Below the pieces are notes generated by a model that saw only the letters and a list, made by a program, of their open reading frames with translations, was not told the DNA's origin and ran no database searches. Position numbers and translations under genes: made by a program. 64,000 nt of DNA from an uncultured bacterium. GTDB taxonomy: Bacteria; Patescibacteriota; Saccharimonadia; UBA4664. Below are positions 43,671 through 52,356 of the stretch, in pieces. Location: contig CAVUEQ010000001.1 in NCBI GenBank assembly GCA_963740635.1, positions 145,026 to 209,025 of the forward strand, written 5' to 3'. The first letter of the stretch is position 1. Each line of letters begins with the position of its first letter.

Positions 43671-43962
43671 AGAGGCCGGCCTGGTCTGATGGTTCGCGCG
43701 ACTCCAGAGGCGGTTCGCCGGCTGGTTCGGGGGGCTCGGCGGGTTCGGCCGACATTTCGGGGCGGGCAGTGGCAAAGCGCTCGCGGATTTTTTCGACGCG
43801 GTTTTCGACCGAAGCCAGGTGGGATTTGAGTTCACTGGCCAGCTCCATCCCCCGCTCGAACTTCGCCAGCCCGGCGTCGAGGTCGACGTCGGGCGATTCA
43901 AACCAGCCCGTAATTTCTTCTAATTCTTTGAGTGATTTCTCGAATTCAAATGGTTTTGTCAT
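43660..43962 (-). CDS. xseB: exodeoxyribonuclease VII small subunit
   Basis: FEKSLKELEEITGWFES...LDAGLAKFERGMELASELKSHL is XseB-like. It has a Pro/Glu-rich tail and overlaps xseA. Confidence 0.85.
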   Translation of the reverse strand: MTKPFEFEKSLKELEEITGWFESPDVDLDAGLAKFERGMELASELKSHLASVENRVEKIRERFATARPEMSAEPAEPPEPAGEPPLESREPSDQAGLFGS

Positions 43963-45205
43963 GACTGTCTGTGACCAATGTTTTGATATGACCTTCGGCC
44001 AATTGTATCATGAGCGCGGCACCGGGCCGGGTGTCGGCGGCGCGTTTGAGTACGCGGTGCTCGCCGGTCCGGACTATCGAGTAGCCGCGCTTCAGGACCG
44101 CCTGCGGGTCGAACCCGCGCAGCAGGCGCTCGAGGCTCAGTGTGCGCTGGCTGCGGGCCGCGATGAGGTGTGTGAGCCGGTCGCCCAGGCGGTGCTCCAG
44201 GGCGGCGGCGAGCTGCGCCTGGGCGCGGCCGGTGGCCAGCAGGCGGTCAAGGCCGCGCTCGAGCCGGGCAACCGCCGCCGACACGCGCTCCTGGGGACCG
44301 CGCAGGGCCGACTCGAGCCGGTTTAAGGCCTGGTCGGTGCGGCGGTGGTAACGGCTTGCCAGGCCGGCTAGAGCGGCGCGCTGGCGGGCGCTGAGATGGC
44401 TGATGCGCGCCGCGACCTCGGTGCGGTCGGGTACGGCCAGGCGGGCGGCGTCGGTGGGCGTGGCGGCACGCAGGTCGGCGGCGTAGTCGGCTAGCGACGT
44501 GTCCACCTCGTGCCCCACGCCGACAATGATGGGAGTGCGGCTGGCAGCGACCGCGCGGGCGACCGGCTCGGTGGAAAAGGCGCTGAGGTCCTCGAGCGAG
44601 CCGCCGCCGCGCGCCAGCACCAGGACGTCGGCCGGCGGGCTGAGGTGGTTGAAGTACTCGATGGCGCCGACGATTTGGTCGGGCGCCTGCACCCCCTGCA
44701 CGCTGACGTCGGCCAGCAGGATCTCCACGCCGCCCCACCGGGCGCTCAGGATTTTCACGAAGTCGGCGTAGGCGGCGGAGCTGCCGGAGGTAATGAGGCC
44801 GAGCCGCACCGGGAATTTCGGGACGGGGCGCTTGCGGCTGACGTCGAACAGGCCTTCGGCCTCGAGCTTTTTGCGCAGCAGCTCCATAGCCCGGCGCAGT
44901 TCGCCCTCCCCCGCCAGCTCGATGTCGCGGACCGTCAGCGAAAACCGGCTCGATTTCGGAAATACCTTGGGTGAGCCGGTCGCCCGCACTTTCATGCCGT
45001 CTTCGATGGGCAATTTGAGGTCGCGGGCCATCATGAAGCACCCGAGCTGGCCTTTTTCGTCCTTGAGGTCAAAAAACGCGAATTTGCCCTGGCTGATCTT
45101 AAAACCCGACACTTCCCCTTCCACGACCACTTGCGGGTAAGCAAACGCCAGGGTTTCGTTGATGATAGTGAGAAATTCGCTGACCGAAATGACTTGCGGG
45201 TTCAT
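43946..45205 (-). CDS. xseA: exodeoxyribonuclease VII large subunit
   Basis: N-terminal OB fold (VVVEGEVSGFKISQGKFAFFDLKDEKGQL), GLITSGSSAAYADF and ARGGGSLEDL motifs. Start taken at the ATG at 45205. Confidence 0.9.
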   Translation of the reverse strand: MNPQVISVSEFLTIINETLAFAYPQVVVEGEVSGFKISQGKFAFFDLKDEKGQLGCFMMARDLKLPIEDGMKVRATGSPKVFPKSSRFSLTVRDIELAGEGELRRAMELLRKKLEAEGLFDVSRKRPVPKFPVRLGLITSGSSAAYADFVKILSARWGGVEILLADVSVQGVQAPDQIVGAIEYFNHLSPPADVLVLARGGGSLEDLSAFSTEPVARAVAASRTPIIVGVGHEVDTSLADYAADLRAATPTDAARLAVPDRTEVAARISHLSARQRAALAGLASRYHRRTDQALNRLESALRGPQERVSAAVARLERGLDRLLATGRAQAQLAAALEHRLGDRLTHLIAARSQRTLSLERLLRGFDPQAVLKRGYSIVRTGEHRVLKRAADTRPGAALMIQLAEGHIKTLVTDSHDKTI

Positions 45206-45270
45206 GTGCGCATTATATCTCATAGGCGGTGTTGCGCGATCAGGCAAACTATTGATATAATTGTAGAATT

Positions 45271-46428
45271 ATGTCGTCACTTAATTACATCGCAGTACTG
45301 GGACGCCAGCCGGAGCTGGGCTTGGTGGAGCTGGAATCCTTGCTCGGGCCCGCCGAGGTGCAGCCGTTTGGGCGCCAGGCGGCGCTGGTTGATCGTGAAC
45401 CCGACATGAGCCGGCTTGGCGCATCAGTGAAGCTGGGACGGGTAATTGGGCGCCTGCCAGCGGACGATCCCGAGGGCCTGGTGTTTAGTCCGGGGGTTTT
45501 TGATGAGCTTATGGAAATGGGTGCCCGAGAGGGCAAACTGGTGTTTGGCATATCTGTATACGGAGGCAAACGCCGTCAATCTGAGGTGAATTCGGCCGGT
45601 ATTCAACTGAAACCGCATTTTGCTATACGGGCGGGCTCGGTTCGCTACGTGAGGCCGGACGCGCGGAGCACCGTCTTGACTGCCGCACAACTGAAATTTA
45701 ACCGTGTAATAGAGCGTGGTTTCGAGCTGCTGGTAGTGTATGCGGGCAATGAGGCAGTTCTGGCAGTAACGACAGCCGTTCAAGACATTGATTGGTACTC
45801 CAAGCGCGACTACGACCGCCCGGCCCGCAGCGCCAAGGTGGGAATGCTGCCGCCGAAGCTGGCGCAGGTGCTGGTGAACTCTGTGCAGGCGCAGCTGATT
45901 TGCGATCCCTTTTGCGGCACCGGAGTGATATTGCAGGAGGCGCTGCTGATGGGCCGGAAGGTGGTGGGTTCGGATATTGCACCCGAGATGGTGGCGGCTA
46001 CGCACATGAATATGAAGTGGTTAGCGCGGCAGGTAAATGGTGATTTGATTGGTTGGCACGTCCAGGCTGCCGACGCCCGCACGGTGAAGCTGCCGGCCGG
46101 CTGCGCCGTGGTGAGCGAGGGGTATCTGGGGCCGAATTTGTCGGCTGCTCCAGGGGCCGGGCAGCTGGGGGCCATTCGGGTTGAGCTTTTGGCTTTGTAT
46201 AAGGAATCTTTGACCAACTGGGGCAAGCAGCTACCCGCCGGCGCTGAGGTGAGTTTGTGCGTGCCGGCCTGGCGGAATGGCAAGGGGTGGCAGTACCTGG
46301 GATTGGTTGACGAATTGCCCAGATTAGGCTACACTCCTAGGAGTTTTGAGCACGTCCGGACCCCTCTGCTCTATGCCCGGGATGATCAGACGGTCGGGCG
46401 TCAATTATTGTTACTAAGGAAGAATTAA
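45271..46428 (+). CDS. putative RNA methyltransferase (THUMP-like N-domain plus class I MTase)
   Basis: Motif I DPFCGTGVILQEALLMG. The N-terminal roughly 170 aa are THUMP-like by layout. TATAAT lies 9 nt before the ATG. Confidence 0.65.
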   Translation: MSSLNYIAVLGRQPELGLVELESLLGPAEVQPFGRQAALVDREPDMSRLGASVKLGRVIGRLPADDPEGLVFSPGVFDELMEMGAREGKLVFGISVYGGKRRQSEVNSAGIQLKPHFAIRAGSVRYVRPDARSTVLTAAQLKFNRVIERGFELLVVYAGNEAVLAVTTAVQDIDWYSKRDYDRPARSAKVGMLPPKLAQVLVNSVQAQLICDPFCGTGVILQEALLMGRKVVGSDIAPEMVAATHMNMKWLARQVNGDLIGWHVQAADARTVKLPAGCAVVSEGYLGPNLSAAPGAGQLGAIRVELLALYKESLTNWGKQLPAGAEVSLCVPAWRNGKGWQYLGLVDELPRLGYTPRSFEHVRTPLLYARDDQTVGRQLLLLRKN

Positions 46429-46431
46429 GCT

Positions 46432-46713
46432 ATGTCACACACAAAAGCCGGCGGTTCAGTCAAGACTGGCCGCGATAGTCAATCCAAGCGCCTCGGAGTT
46501 AAGCTCTTCGGCGGCCAGTTTGTGCGCTCGGGCGGTGTGCTGGTGCGCCAGCGCGGCAGCCGCATGGAAGCCGGCGTGGGAGTGGGCATGGGCAACGACC
46601 ACACTCTATTCGCCCTCACCGACGGCACGGTGGAGTTTTCGACTAAGAAGGTCCAGAAGTTTTCGGGCACCAGGGTGCGCCGGACGTTTGTCTCGGTTGT
46701 CGACGACAAATAA
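46432..46713 (+). CDS. rpmA: 50S ribosomal protein L27
   Basis: [31 protein letters not shown]...GNDHTLFAL. Confidence 0.95.
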   Translation: MSHTKAGGSVKTGRDSQSKRLGVKLFGGQFVRSGGVLVRQRGSRMEAGVGVGMGNDHTLFALTDGTVEFSTKKVQKFSGTRVRRTFVSVVDDK

Positions 46714-46730
46714 CTACACCAAACAACTAT

Positions 46731-46772
46731 GAGCCCCCGACCGTGGCCGAAAAGCTCAAAGTCGTGGGGCTC
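46731..46772. terminator. hairpin between convergent rpmA and the 274-aa gene
   Basis: GAGCCCCCGAC (46731-46741) pairs with GTCGTGGGGCTC (46761-46772), with one bulge. Confidence 0.45.
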
Positions 46773-46774
46773 TG

Positions 46775-47599
46775 TTACGCTGTCAGACCGAGGTGACCCA
46801 AGAGGTCTGGTCCGGCGATGACCGCTGCTGTCGCTCTGAGACATTGTCCGTAAGCACAGGACATTATGGTTTCATCATCGCTCAAGTATGGCGCCAGTCG
46901 CATCACCCGGTTCGGACTTTCTAAGTCTTCCGGGAATGTGAGCGCGTTGTCCGTCCAGCCGAGTGGACTGTAGCGCTTGGTTTCAGCCGGAATGGCGTCC
47001 GCATAAGCCGGGTCCAGCATGAGCGTGGCGCAGTACATGATGAGCGGCTCCCAGACGGTCGCGTTATCTTCCTCGCCCACCCCGCTAACACCAATGAGGA
47101 CGCGGCTTAAGGAAACCGTGCCCAGATGGCCCTCCCCGTACCTCATGCCGATCAGCTCGGGCAGCCCGAGTTTGCGCGCGATGATGTCAGCGCACAAAAA
47201 TGGCAACACGCGCTGATTGTCGGGAAAGAGCCGCGGGAAAGGTCGGAATCTGGCCGATTCGGCCGAGTTCCTGGCGCTTGGACCGCGCGCCCCAATCATT
47301 ACTTTAGGGTAGTGCTGCTGTGAGCATTGCGCCTCAGCAATTAGTGCTGGCTGGAGCCCTCGCGGGATCTGACATGTAAATGTACTGACGACTCCTTCGT
47401 GGGTCGAGGAGTGCCGGAGTCCAGTGAGCGTCTGCAGCTTGCGCGTCCCAGGTAGGTGGCGGAAGATTGAGAGCGATCCGACCGGCTGCCAATCCACTCC
47501 GTGCTCGACGATCTCCGGGAGGCGGGCAGGATAGCGATAGCCGGGCAAGTTTGGCAGCTGGGCCAGCTCCTTTGCCGTGTAAACGCACAGTTCGTCCAT
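46775..47599 (-). CDS. hypothetical protein (274 aa), no recognisable family
   Basis: AAAGGGGGAA RBS plus ATG at 47599 (MDELCVYTAKEL...). The longer ORF-track form adds 39 low-quality residues. Confidence 0.5.
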   Translation of the reverse strand: MDELCVYTAKELAQLPNLPGYRYPARLPEIVEHGVDWQPVGSLSIFRHLPGTRKLQTLTGLRHSSTHEGVVSTFTCQIPRGLQPALIAEAQCSQQHYPKVMIGARGPSARNSAESARFRPFPRLFPDNQRVLPFLCADIIARKLGLPELIGMRYGEGHLGTVSLSRVLIGVSGVGEEDNATVWEPLIMYCATLMLDPAYADAIPAETKRYSPLGWTDNALTFPEDLESPNRVMRLAPYLSDDETIMSCAYGQCLRATAAVIAGPDLLGHLGLTA

Positions 47600-47981
47600 G
47601 GTCGTTCCCCCTTTCGCGGGTGGGATAGGTTTGGCGGAGTGGCATAGGTTTGGTGGGCATGTCGATGAGCGTAACGTAATCATACGCAATAATTTTCTGC
47701 TAGAAAGAGAGGACACAGCGTTCCCCGATCTTGTTGCAGGATCTGCTCGGAGGGACCGTTGTTCCTGAAAAATGTGTCGTAATATGCCTTAGGTTCAACG
47801 AGGCAGTACTTTGGGTTTGATGTCAAAAGTTGGGGGCGTTCAGGGACCGCTCTGCGATCAAAATTCTTGGCATGGGCGAGGGTTCTCTACTCACCTGAGT
47901 CGAAAATGTAGCTATGCCATAATTTTGTGAAACGCTGCTCCCTCCGAGGGAGGGCCAGCTGGCTAAAAAACGGGTTAGGCC

Positions 47982-48383
47982 TTATTCGGTGGCTTGGGGC
48001 TCCTTCAGGCCGAGGTGGAAGCGGATGCGCTTCATGACGTCGGCGATGACGGCTTGGGACTTCACGAGGAATTCGTCGGCGCCGAGGTCTTTGGCGCGCT
48101 GCTTGTCGGCCGGCTGCGAGAGCGCTGTGAGGATGATTATCTTAGTGTGCGCTGTTTCTTTGGTGTTGCGCAAAATGTCGAGCACGTCGAAGCCGGAAAT
48201 TTTGGGCATCATGATGTCGAGCAAAATCAGATCGGGGTGATACTCAAGGGCCTCTTGCATGGCCTCCTCACCGTTGGGGCAGTGGCGGACGTCGAAGCCC
48301 TCCGCTTCCATGCGCACGCGGTAGGCCGTGGCTAAGGCTAGGTCGTCTTCCACGAGCAAGATGCGAGGCTTTTTGTTGGTCAT
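47982..48383 (-). CDS. receiver-only (CheY-like) response regulator
   Basis: ILLVEDD, DLILLDIMMP, IIILTA, FLVKS. ATGA overlap with the pyrG stop. Confidence 0.85.
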   Translation of the reverse strand: MTNKKPRILLVEDDLALATAYRVRMEAEGFDVRHCPNGEEAMQEALEYHPDLILLDIMMPKISGFDVLDILRNTKETAHTKIIILTALSQPADKQRAKDLGADEFLVKSQAVIADVMKRIRFHLGLKEPQATE

Positions 48384-50050
48384 AGCTCAACTATACTACG
48401 TTTGGAAGCGCTTTGAGCAGTCTGCAGGTTGTGGACCTGGCCGGCGGCTTTGATGAAGCCGTCGAACAGCGGGTGCGGGCGGTTGGGCCGCGACTTGAAC
48501 TCGGGGTGGAACTGTGACCCCACAAAGTAGGGGTGGCCGGCGATTTCGATGATTTCCACCAGGCGCTTGTCGGGACTGAGTCCGGCGATCACCAGGCCGG
48601 CTTTGGTGAGGCGCTCGCGGTAGGCGTTGTTGAATTCGAAGCGGTGGCGGTGGCGTTCTTGGATTTGCCCCCGGCCGTAGGCTTTGGCCGTGTGGGTGTG
48701 CTTGGTGATCACGCAGGGGTAATTGCCTAGCCGCATGGTGCCGCCTTTGTCGGAGATATCCCGCTGGTCGGCCATGATGTCTATCACCGGGTGCTTGGTA
48801 TCTTCATCGATTTCGGTGGTGTTGGCATCGGTGAGGCCGGTTTTGCGGGCCAGGGCGATGACCGCCGTTTGCATGCCCAGGCAGAGCCCCAGGTATGGCA
48901 CGCCGTGGTCCATGGCGTAGCGGCCGGCGGTGATTTTGCCCTCCACGCCGCGGCTGCCAAAGCCGCCGGGTACCACCAGGCCGTCGTAACCGGCCAGCAG
49001 CGCCGGATCGGTGTTGATTTTTTCGGCGTCAATCCAGTGAATTTCGGGCTGGATGCGGTTGGCCCAGCCGGCGGCTTTAATGGCTTCGAAGACACACAGG
49101 TACGTATCTTCGTTGTCCATGTATTTGGCGACTACGCCGATCTTGATGGTGCGGTGGTCGGGGTGCTTAATGAGCTCGACCAGACGGTGCCAATCAGCTA
49201 ATTTGGCGCGGTGCGACTTGAGACCGAGCTTGCGCGTGATGTAGCTGCCAATGCTGGCTTCTTCGAGCAATAGCGGTACCTCGTAGACCGTTTTAACCGT
49301 CTGCATAGGCACAATCCCCTCCTCCTCGACGTCGCAGAACAGGCTGAGCTTGTGGATGACGTTGGCATTTACGGGTTTTTCGGCGCGGGCCACGATGATA
49401 TCGGGCTGAATGCCCGCCTCGCGCAGGTCGCGGACGGTGTTTTGGGCCGGCTTGGTCTTGAGTTCGTGGCTGGCCTCAAGGTAGGGCAGGTAGACCACGT
49501 GGACGTAGAGTGTGTTCTCGTGGCCCACGCGCCGGCGCAGCTGGCGGATGGCTTCCAGGAAGGCCAGGGATTCGATGTCGCCGACGGTGCCGCCGATCTC
49601 GACGATGTGGAAGTCGTGGCCGTGGCCGGCTTCGAGGATGCGCTTAACGATTTCGTTGGTGACGTGCGGAACGATCTGGACGGTTTTGCCAAGATACTTG
49701 CCGGCCCGTTCATCGGCGATGACGGAGGCGTAGATGCGGCCGTTCATGAGCGAACTGCCGCGCGTGAGCTCTTCGTCCAGGAAGCGCTCGTAGTGGCCGA
49801 GGTCGAGGTCGGTTTCGGCGCCGTCCTTGGTGACGAACACCTCGCCGTGCTCCGCCGGGTTCATGGTGCCGGCGTCGGTATTGAGGTAGGGGTCGCATTT
49901 TTGGATGTTAACTGAAAAACCGCGAGCTTTGAGGATGGTCCCGATCGAAGCTGCGGTGATGCCTTTTCCTAGGCCGGAAAGTACTCCCCCTGTTACAAAA
50001 ATGAATTTAGTCTGGCTTTTTCCCGCCACACTTAACCTTTCTTTACCCAC
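48380..50050 (-). CDS. pyrG: CTP synthase
   Basis: FIFVTGGVLSGLGKGI, the GIQPDIIV region, and the glutaminase GLCLGMQ plus FVGSQFHPEF. The true start may be the GTG about 21 nt inside the ORF. Confidence 0.95.
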   Translation of the reverse strand: MGKERLSVAGKSQTKFIFVTGGVLSGLGKGITAASIGTILKARGFSVNIQKCDPYLNTDAGTMNPAEHGEVFVTKDGAETDLDLGHYERFLDEELTRGSSLMNGRIYASVIADERAGKYLGKTVQIVPHVTNEIVKRILEAGHGHDFHIVEIGGTVGDIESLAFLEAIRQLRRRVGHENTLYVHVVYLPYLEASHELKTKPAQNTVRDLREAGIQPDIIVARAEKPVNANVIHKLSLFCDVEEEGIVPMQTVKTVYEVPLLLEEASIGSYITRKLGLKSHRAKLADWHRLVELIKHPDHRTIKIGVVAKYMDNEDTYLCVFEAIKAAGWANRIQPEIHWIDAEKINTDPALLAGYDGLVVPGGFGSRGVEGKITAGRYAMDHGVPYLGLCLGMQTAVIALARKTGLTDANTTEIDEDTKHPVIDIMADQRDISDKGGTMRLGNYPCVITKHTHTAKAYGRGQIQERHRHRFEFNNAYRERLTKAGLVIAGLSPDKRLVEIIEIAGHPYFVGSQFHPEFKSRPNRPHPLFDGFIKAAGQVHNLQTAQSASKRSIVEL

Positions 50051-50229
50051 TCACAACTCGGTGCCATGCACCAATTGGTTCAGATTGTACCTGAGTCTTG
50101 ATAGGAGGGCAAGTAAAACTTTTATGCTTGGATATACTTGTTAAGAGGATGTCCGGAAATATTTTCTTATATAAAGGAAATGTTCCTCTGTAAGGATCAC
50201 GAGCTTTTCGCACATTCGGATAGCCTACC

Positions 50230-50331
50230 ATGTAGATCAACTACATAGGTATCCATAAAAGGCTTTACGAAGCCATTATTTTTAGCTTAAGCAAGCCATT
50301 CGCGTGTTTGGTATGTAGTTCGTCTACATAG
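50230..50331. promoter_or_regulatory. two copies of a palindromic motif ATGTAG-N5-CTACATAG
   Basis: ATGTAGATCAACTACATAG (50230-50248) and ATGTAGTTCGTCTACATAG (50313-50331), 83 bp apart in an AT-rich gap upstream of pyrG. Confidence 0.6.
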
Positions 50332-50379
50332 TTGGTGTGGCGTGGTCAGGATGTTTTGGGCTGGATGGTCAATATGGAT

Positions 50380-50412
50380 CAGGGCCCCGGACTCAAAGCA
50401 TCCGGGGCCCTG
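50380..50412 (-). terminator. 12-bp-stem hairpin after the HAD-like gene
   Basis: CAGGGCCCCGGA (50380-50391), 9-nt loop, TCCGGGGCCCTG (50401-50412). There is no clear U tract. Confidence 0.5.
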
Positions 50413-50432
50413 GGCGCAGCGAGTAATTTCGC

Positions 50433-51092
50433 TTAACGTAGCTCGTCGAACGAAGTGATCTTGCGGATTGCCGGGTTGGTGGACCCGGGGTAGCGCTGCC
50501 CGGGGCGGACGACCTGGACCCGGCGGATGTTGGGGCGTGGATTTACGGCCTCAATCTGGGACGGATCATCGTCGACCACTGTCGCTTCGTCGTAAACGAC
50601 ACCGAGAAATACGATACTCTCGGCCCAGTCCTTGTTGATGACGGTGCCCTTGTTGCGTTGCACGACGCGGTACGGAATGTCACTGAGCTCGTCCTCGCAC
50701 AGGTCGAGTTTGAACTGGAAGTTTTCGTCCGGGTTACGCGACATGAGGGCAACGGTAGTGCCGGGAGTGGCCCGGAGACGCTTGAATGCGGTGGCTACTT
50801 CGGGGTACAGGAAACTGTTGCGGCTGGTCAGCCGTTTGTGGACGGCTGTGGTTGCCTCGACCAACTTGCGCCACTTTGCGCGGTCGGTCAGATCTATCCC
50901 CAGGTCGGCGAAATGCCCCATAATGTCCCAGCCGGCCGCGTTGTAATGCGGCTTGAGCTGGCTGCGAAATTCCTCGGGCGTTATGCTGATTTCAGGGAAG
51001 GCCTCGATCGCAGCGATCGGGAGGGCTTCGATGAAGGCCGGGATATCGAGTACGGTGCTGTCTACGTCGGACAATACCAGGCGGCTTATCAT
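50433..51092 (-). CDS. HAD-superfamily-like hydrolase (219 aa)
   Basis: N-terminal LSDVDSTVLD matches HAD motif I (DxDxT). The rest is unassigned. Confidence 0.5.
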   Translation of the reverse strand: MISRLVLSDVDSTVLDIPAFIEALPIAAIEAFPEISITPEEFRSQLKPHYNAAGWDIMGHFADLGIDLTDRAKWRKLVEATTAVHKRLTSRNSFLYPEVATAFKRLRATPGTTVALMSRNPDENFQFKLDLCEDELSDIPYRVVQRNKGTVINKDWAESIVFLGVVYDEATVVDDDPSQIEAVNPRPNIRRVQVVRPGQRYPGSTNPAIRKITSFDELR

Positions 51093-51150
51093 GTGCGGAC
51101 ATCTCCCTTCGAGGGTTGAGTTCGATACGAGCTAAGATATTATAACATAT

Positions 51151-52320
51151 TTACTTGAGTAGTTCCAGGGCTTTGTCGAGTTGGGGGTCGCGATTGGCGT
51201 TGAAGTCGTCGGTGGTGAGTTTGGTTTCAACGTCGGGCTTGATTCCCTCTTTGTTGATGTTGACGCCGGCGGGGGTGTACCAGTGGGCTACGGTGACTTT
51301 GAGCTGAGCGCCGCCGGGCAGGTCTTTGATCTCCTGGACGCTGCCCTTGCCGAAGCTGGTTTCGCCTACGAGGCGGGCGGCGTGGTTGTCGTGCAGGGCG
51401 CCGGCGACGATTTCGGAGGCACTGGCGGACCCGCCGTTTATGAGCACGACCGTGGGCAGGCCATGGAGCTTGCCCCCAGCACTAGCGGCGAGCGTGCTGG
51501 TGGTTTTCCCGTTGGTGCGTTCCGAGACGACGGTTTTGCCCTCGTCCAGGAACTGGCTGGCTACGGCCACACCGGCATCAAGATAGCCGCCGCCGTCGTT
51601 GCGCAGGTCGAGAATGACCTTGGTGGCGCCTTGGGCCTTGAGACTGGTGGCGGCTTGGTCGACCAGGTCGGCCGTGTCGGGCCCGAACCGGGTGATGTCG
51701 ATGTAGGCCACGTTGCCGTTTTTAAGGCTGGATTTGACGCTGGGGACGGTAATGTCGGCCCGGGTGATGGTGACGTCAAACGGGTCGGCGCCGGAGCGGG
51801 CGATCTTGAGCGTGACCTTGGTTCCCGCCTGGCCCCGGATTTTGGAGACGGCGGTATCCACGCTCATGCCGGAGGTGTCCTCGCCGTTAATGCGGGCGAT
51901 GATGTCACCGGTTTTGAGGCCGGCGGCAGCGGCCGGCGTATCGGCGATGGGCGCGATGACGGTGAGCAGGTTGCTTTTGATGCCAATTTCGGCGCCAATG
52001 CCGGACAGCTTGCCGGTGAGGTCGTTGGAGAGGTCTTTGGCTTCGGCGGGGGTGAGGTAGACGGTGTAAGGATCGCCGCCGGCGGCTACCAGGCCGGCTT
52101 TGGCGCCGTCAACGGCCTTTTGGTCGGTGATGGTGCCGTCGAAATTGCGCTGCATGAGGCCGTAGAGCGAGTTGAGGCTGGAGAAGTCTGCCTGACGGAC
52201 CGGCTTGAGTAGCGGCAGCGGCACCACACCGCCGCTGGCGTCTCCGGCGTAGAAGCCCGCGAAAGCTATTAATATGGCCGCGCCTCCGAGAACAAGGGGG
52301 TTGAGCTCGACTTTTTTCAA
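51151..52320 (-). CDS. ctpA: S41 carboxy-terminal processing protease (PDZ domain)
   Basis: PDZ segment GLKTGDIIARINGEDTSGM and catalytic region LINGGSASASEIVAGAL. N-terminal TM. TTG start. Confidence 0.88.
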   Translation of the reverse strand: MKKVELNPLVLGGAAILIAFAGFYAGDASGGVVPLPLLKPVRQADFSSLNSLYGLMQRNFDGTITDQKAVDGAKAGLVAAGGDPYTVYLTPAEAKDLSNDLTGKLSGIGAEIGIKSNLLTVIAPIADTPAAAAGLKTGDIIARINGEDTSGMSVDTAVSKIRGQAGTKVTLKIARSGADPFDVTITRADITVPSVKSSLKNGNVAYIDITRFGPDTADLVDQAATSLKAQGATKVILDLRNDGGGYLDAGVAVASQFLDEGKTVVSERTNGKTTSTLAASAGGKLHGLPTVVLINGGSASASEIVAGALHDNHAARLVGETSFGKGSVQEIKDLPGGAQLKVTVAHWYTPAGVNINKEGIKPDVETKLTTDDFNANRDPQLDKALELLK

Positions 52321-52356
52321 ACCTAATGACCTTTCTGTAATTGTTTTGGATTGCGA

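Noticed and set aside
43671-43901. N-terminal extension of the methyltransferase ORF to 244 aa
   Set aside because: The extension runs through xseB in a different frame and is Pro/Ser-rich. The TTG at 43670, overlapping the xseB stop, gives a TM plus MTase protein.
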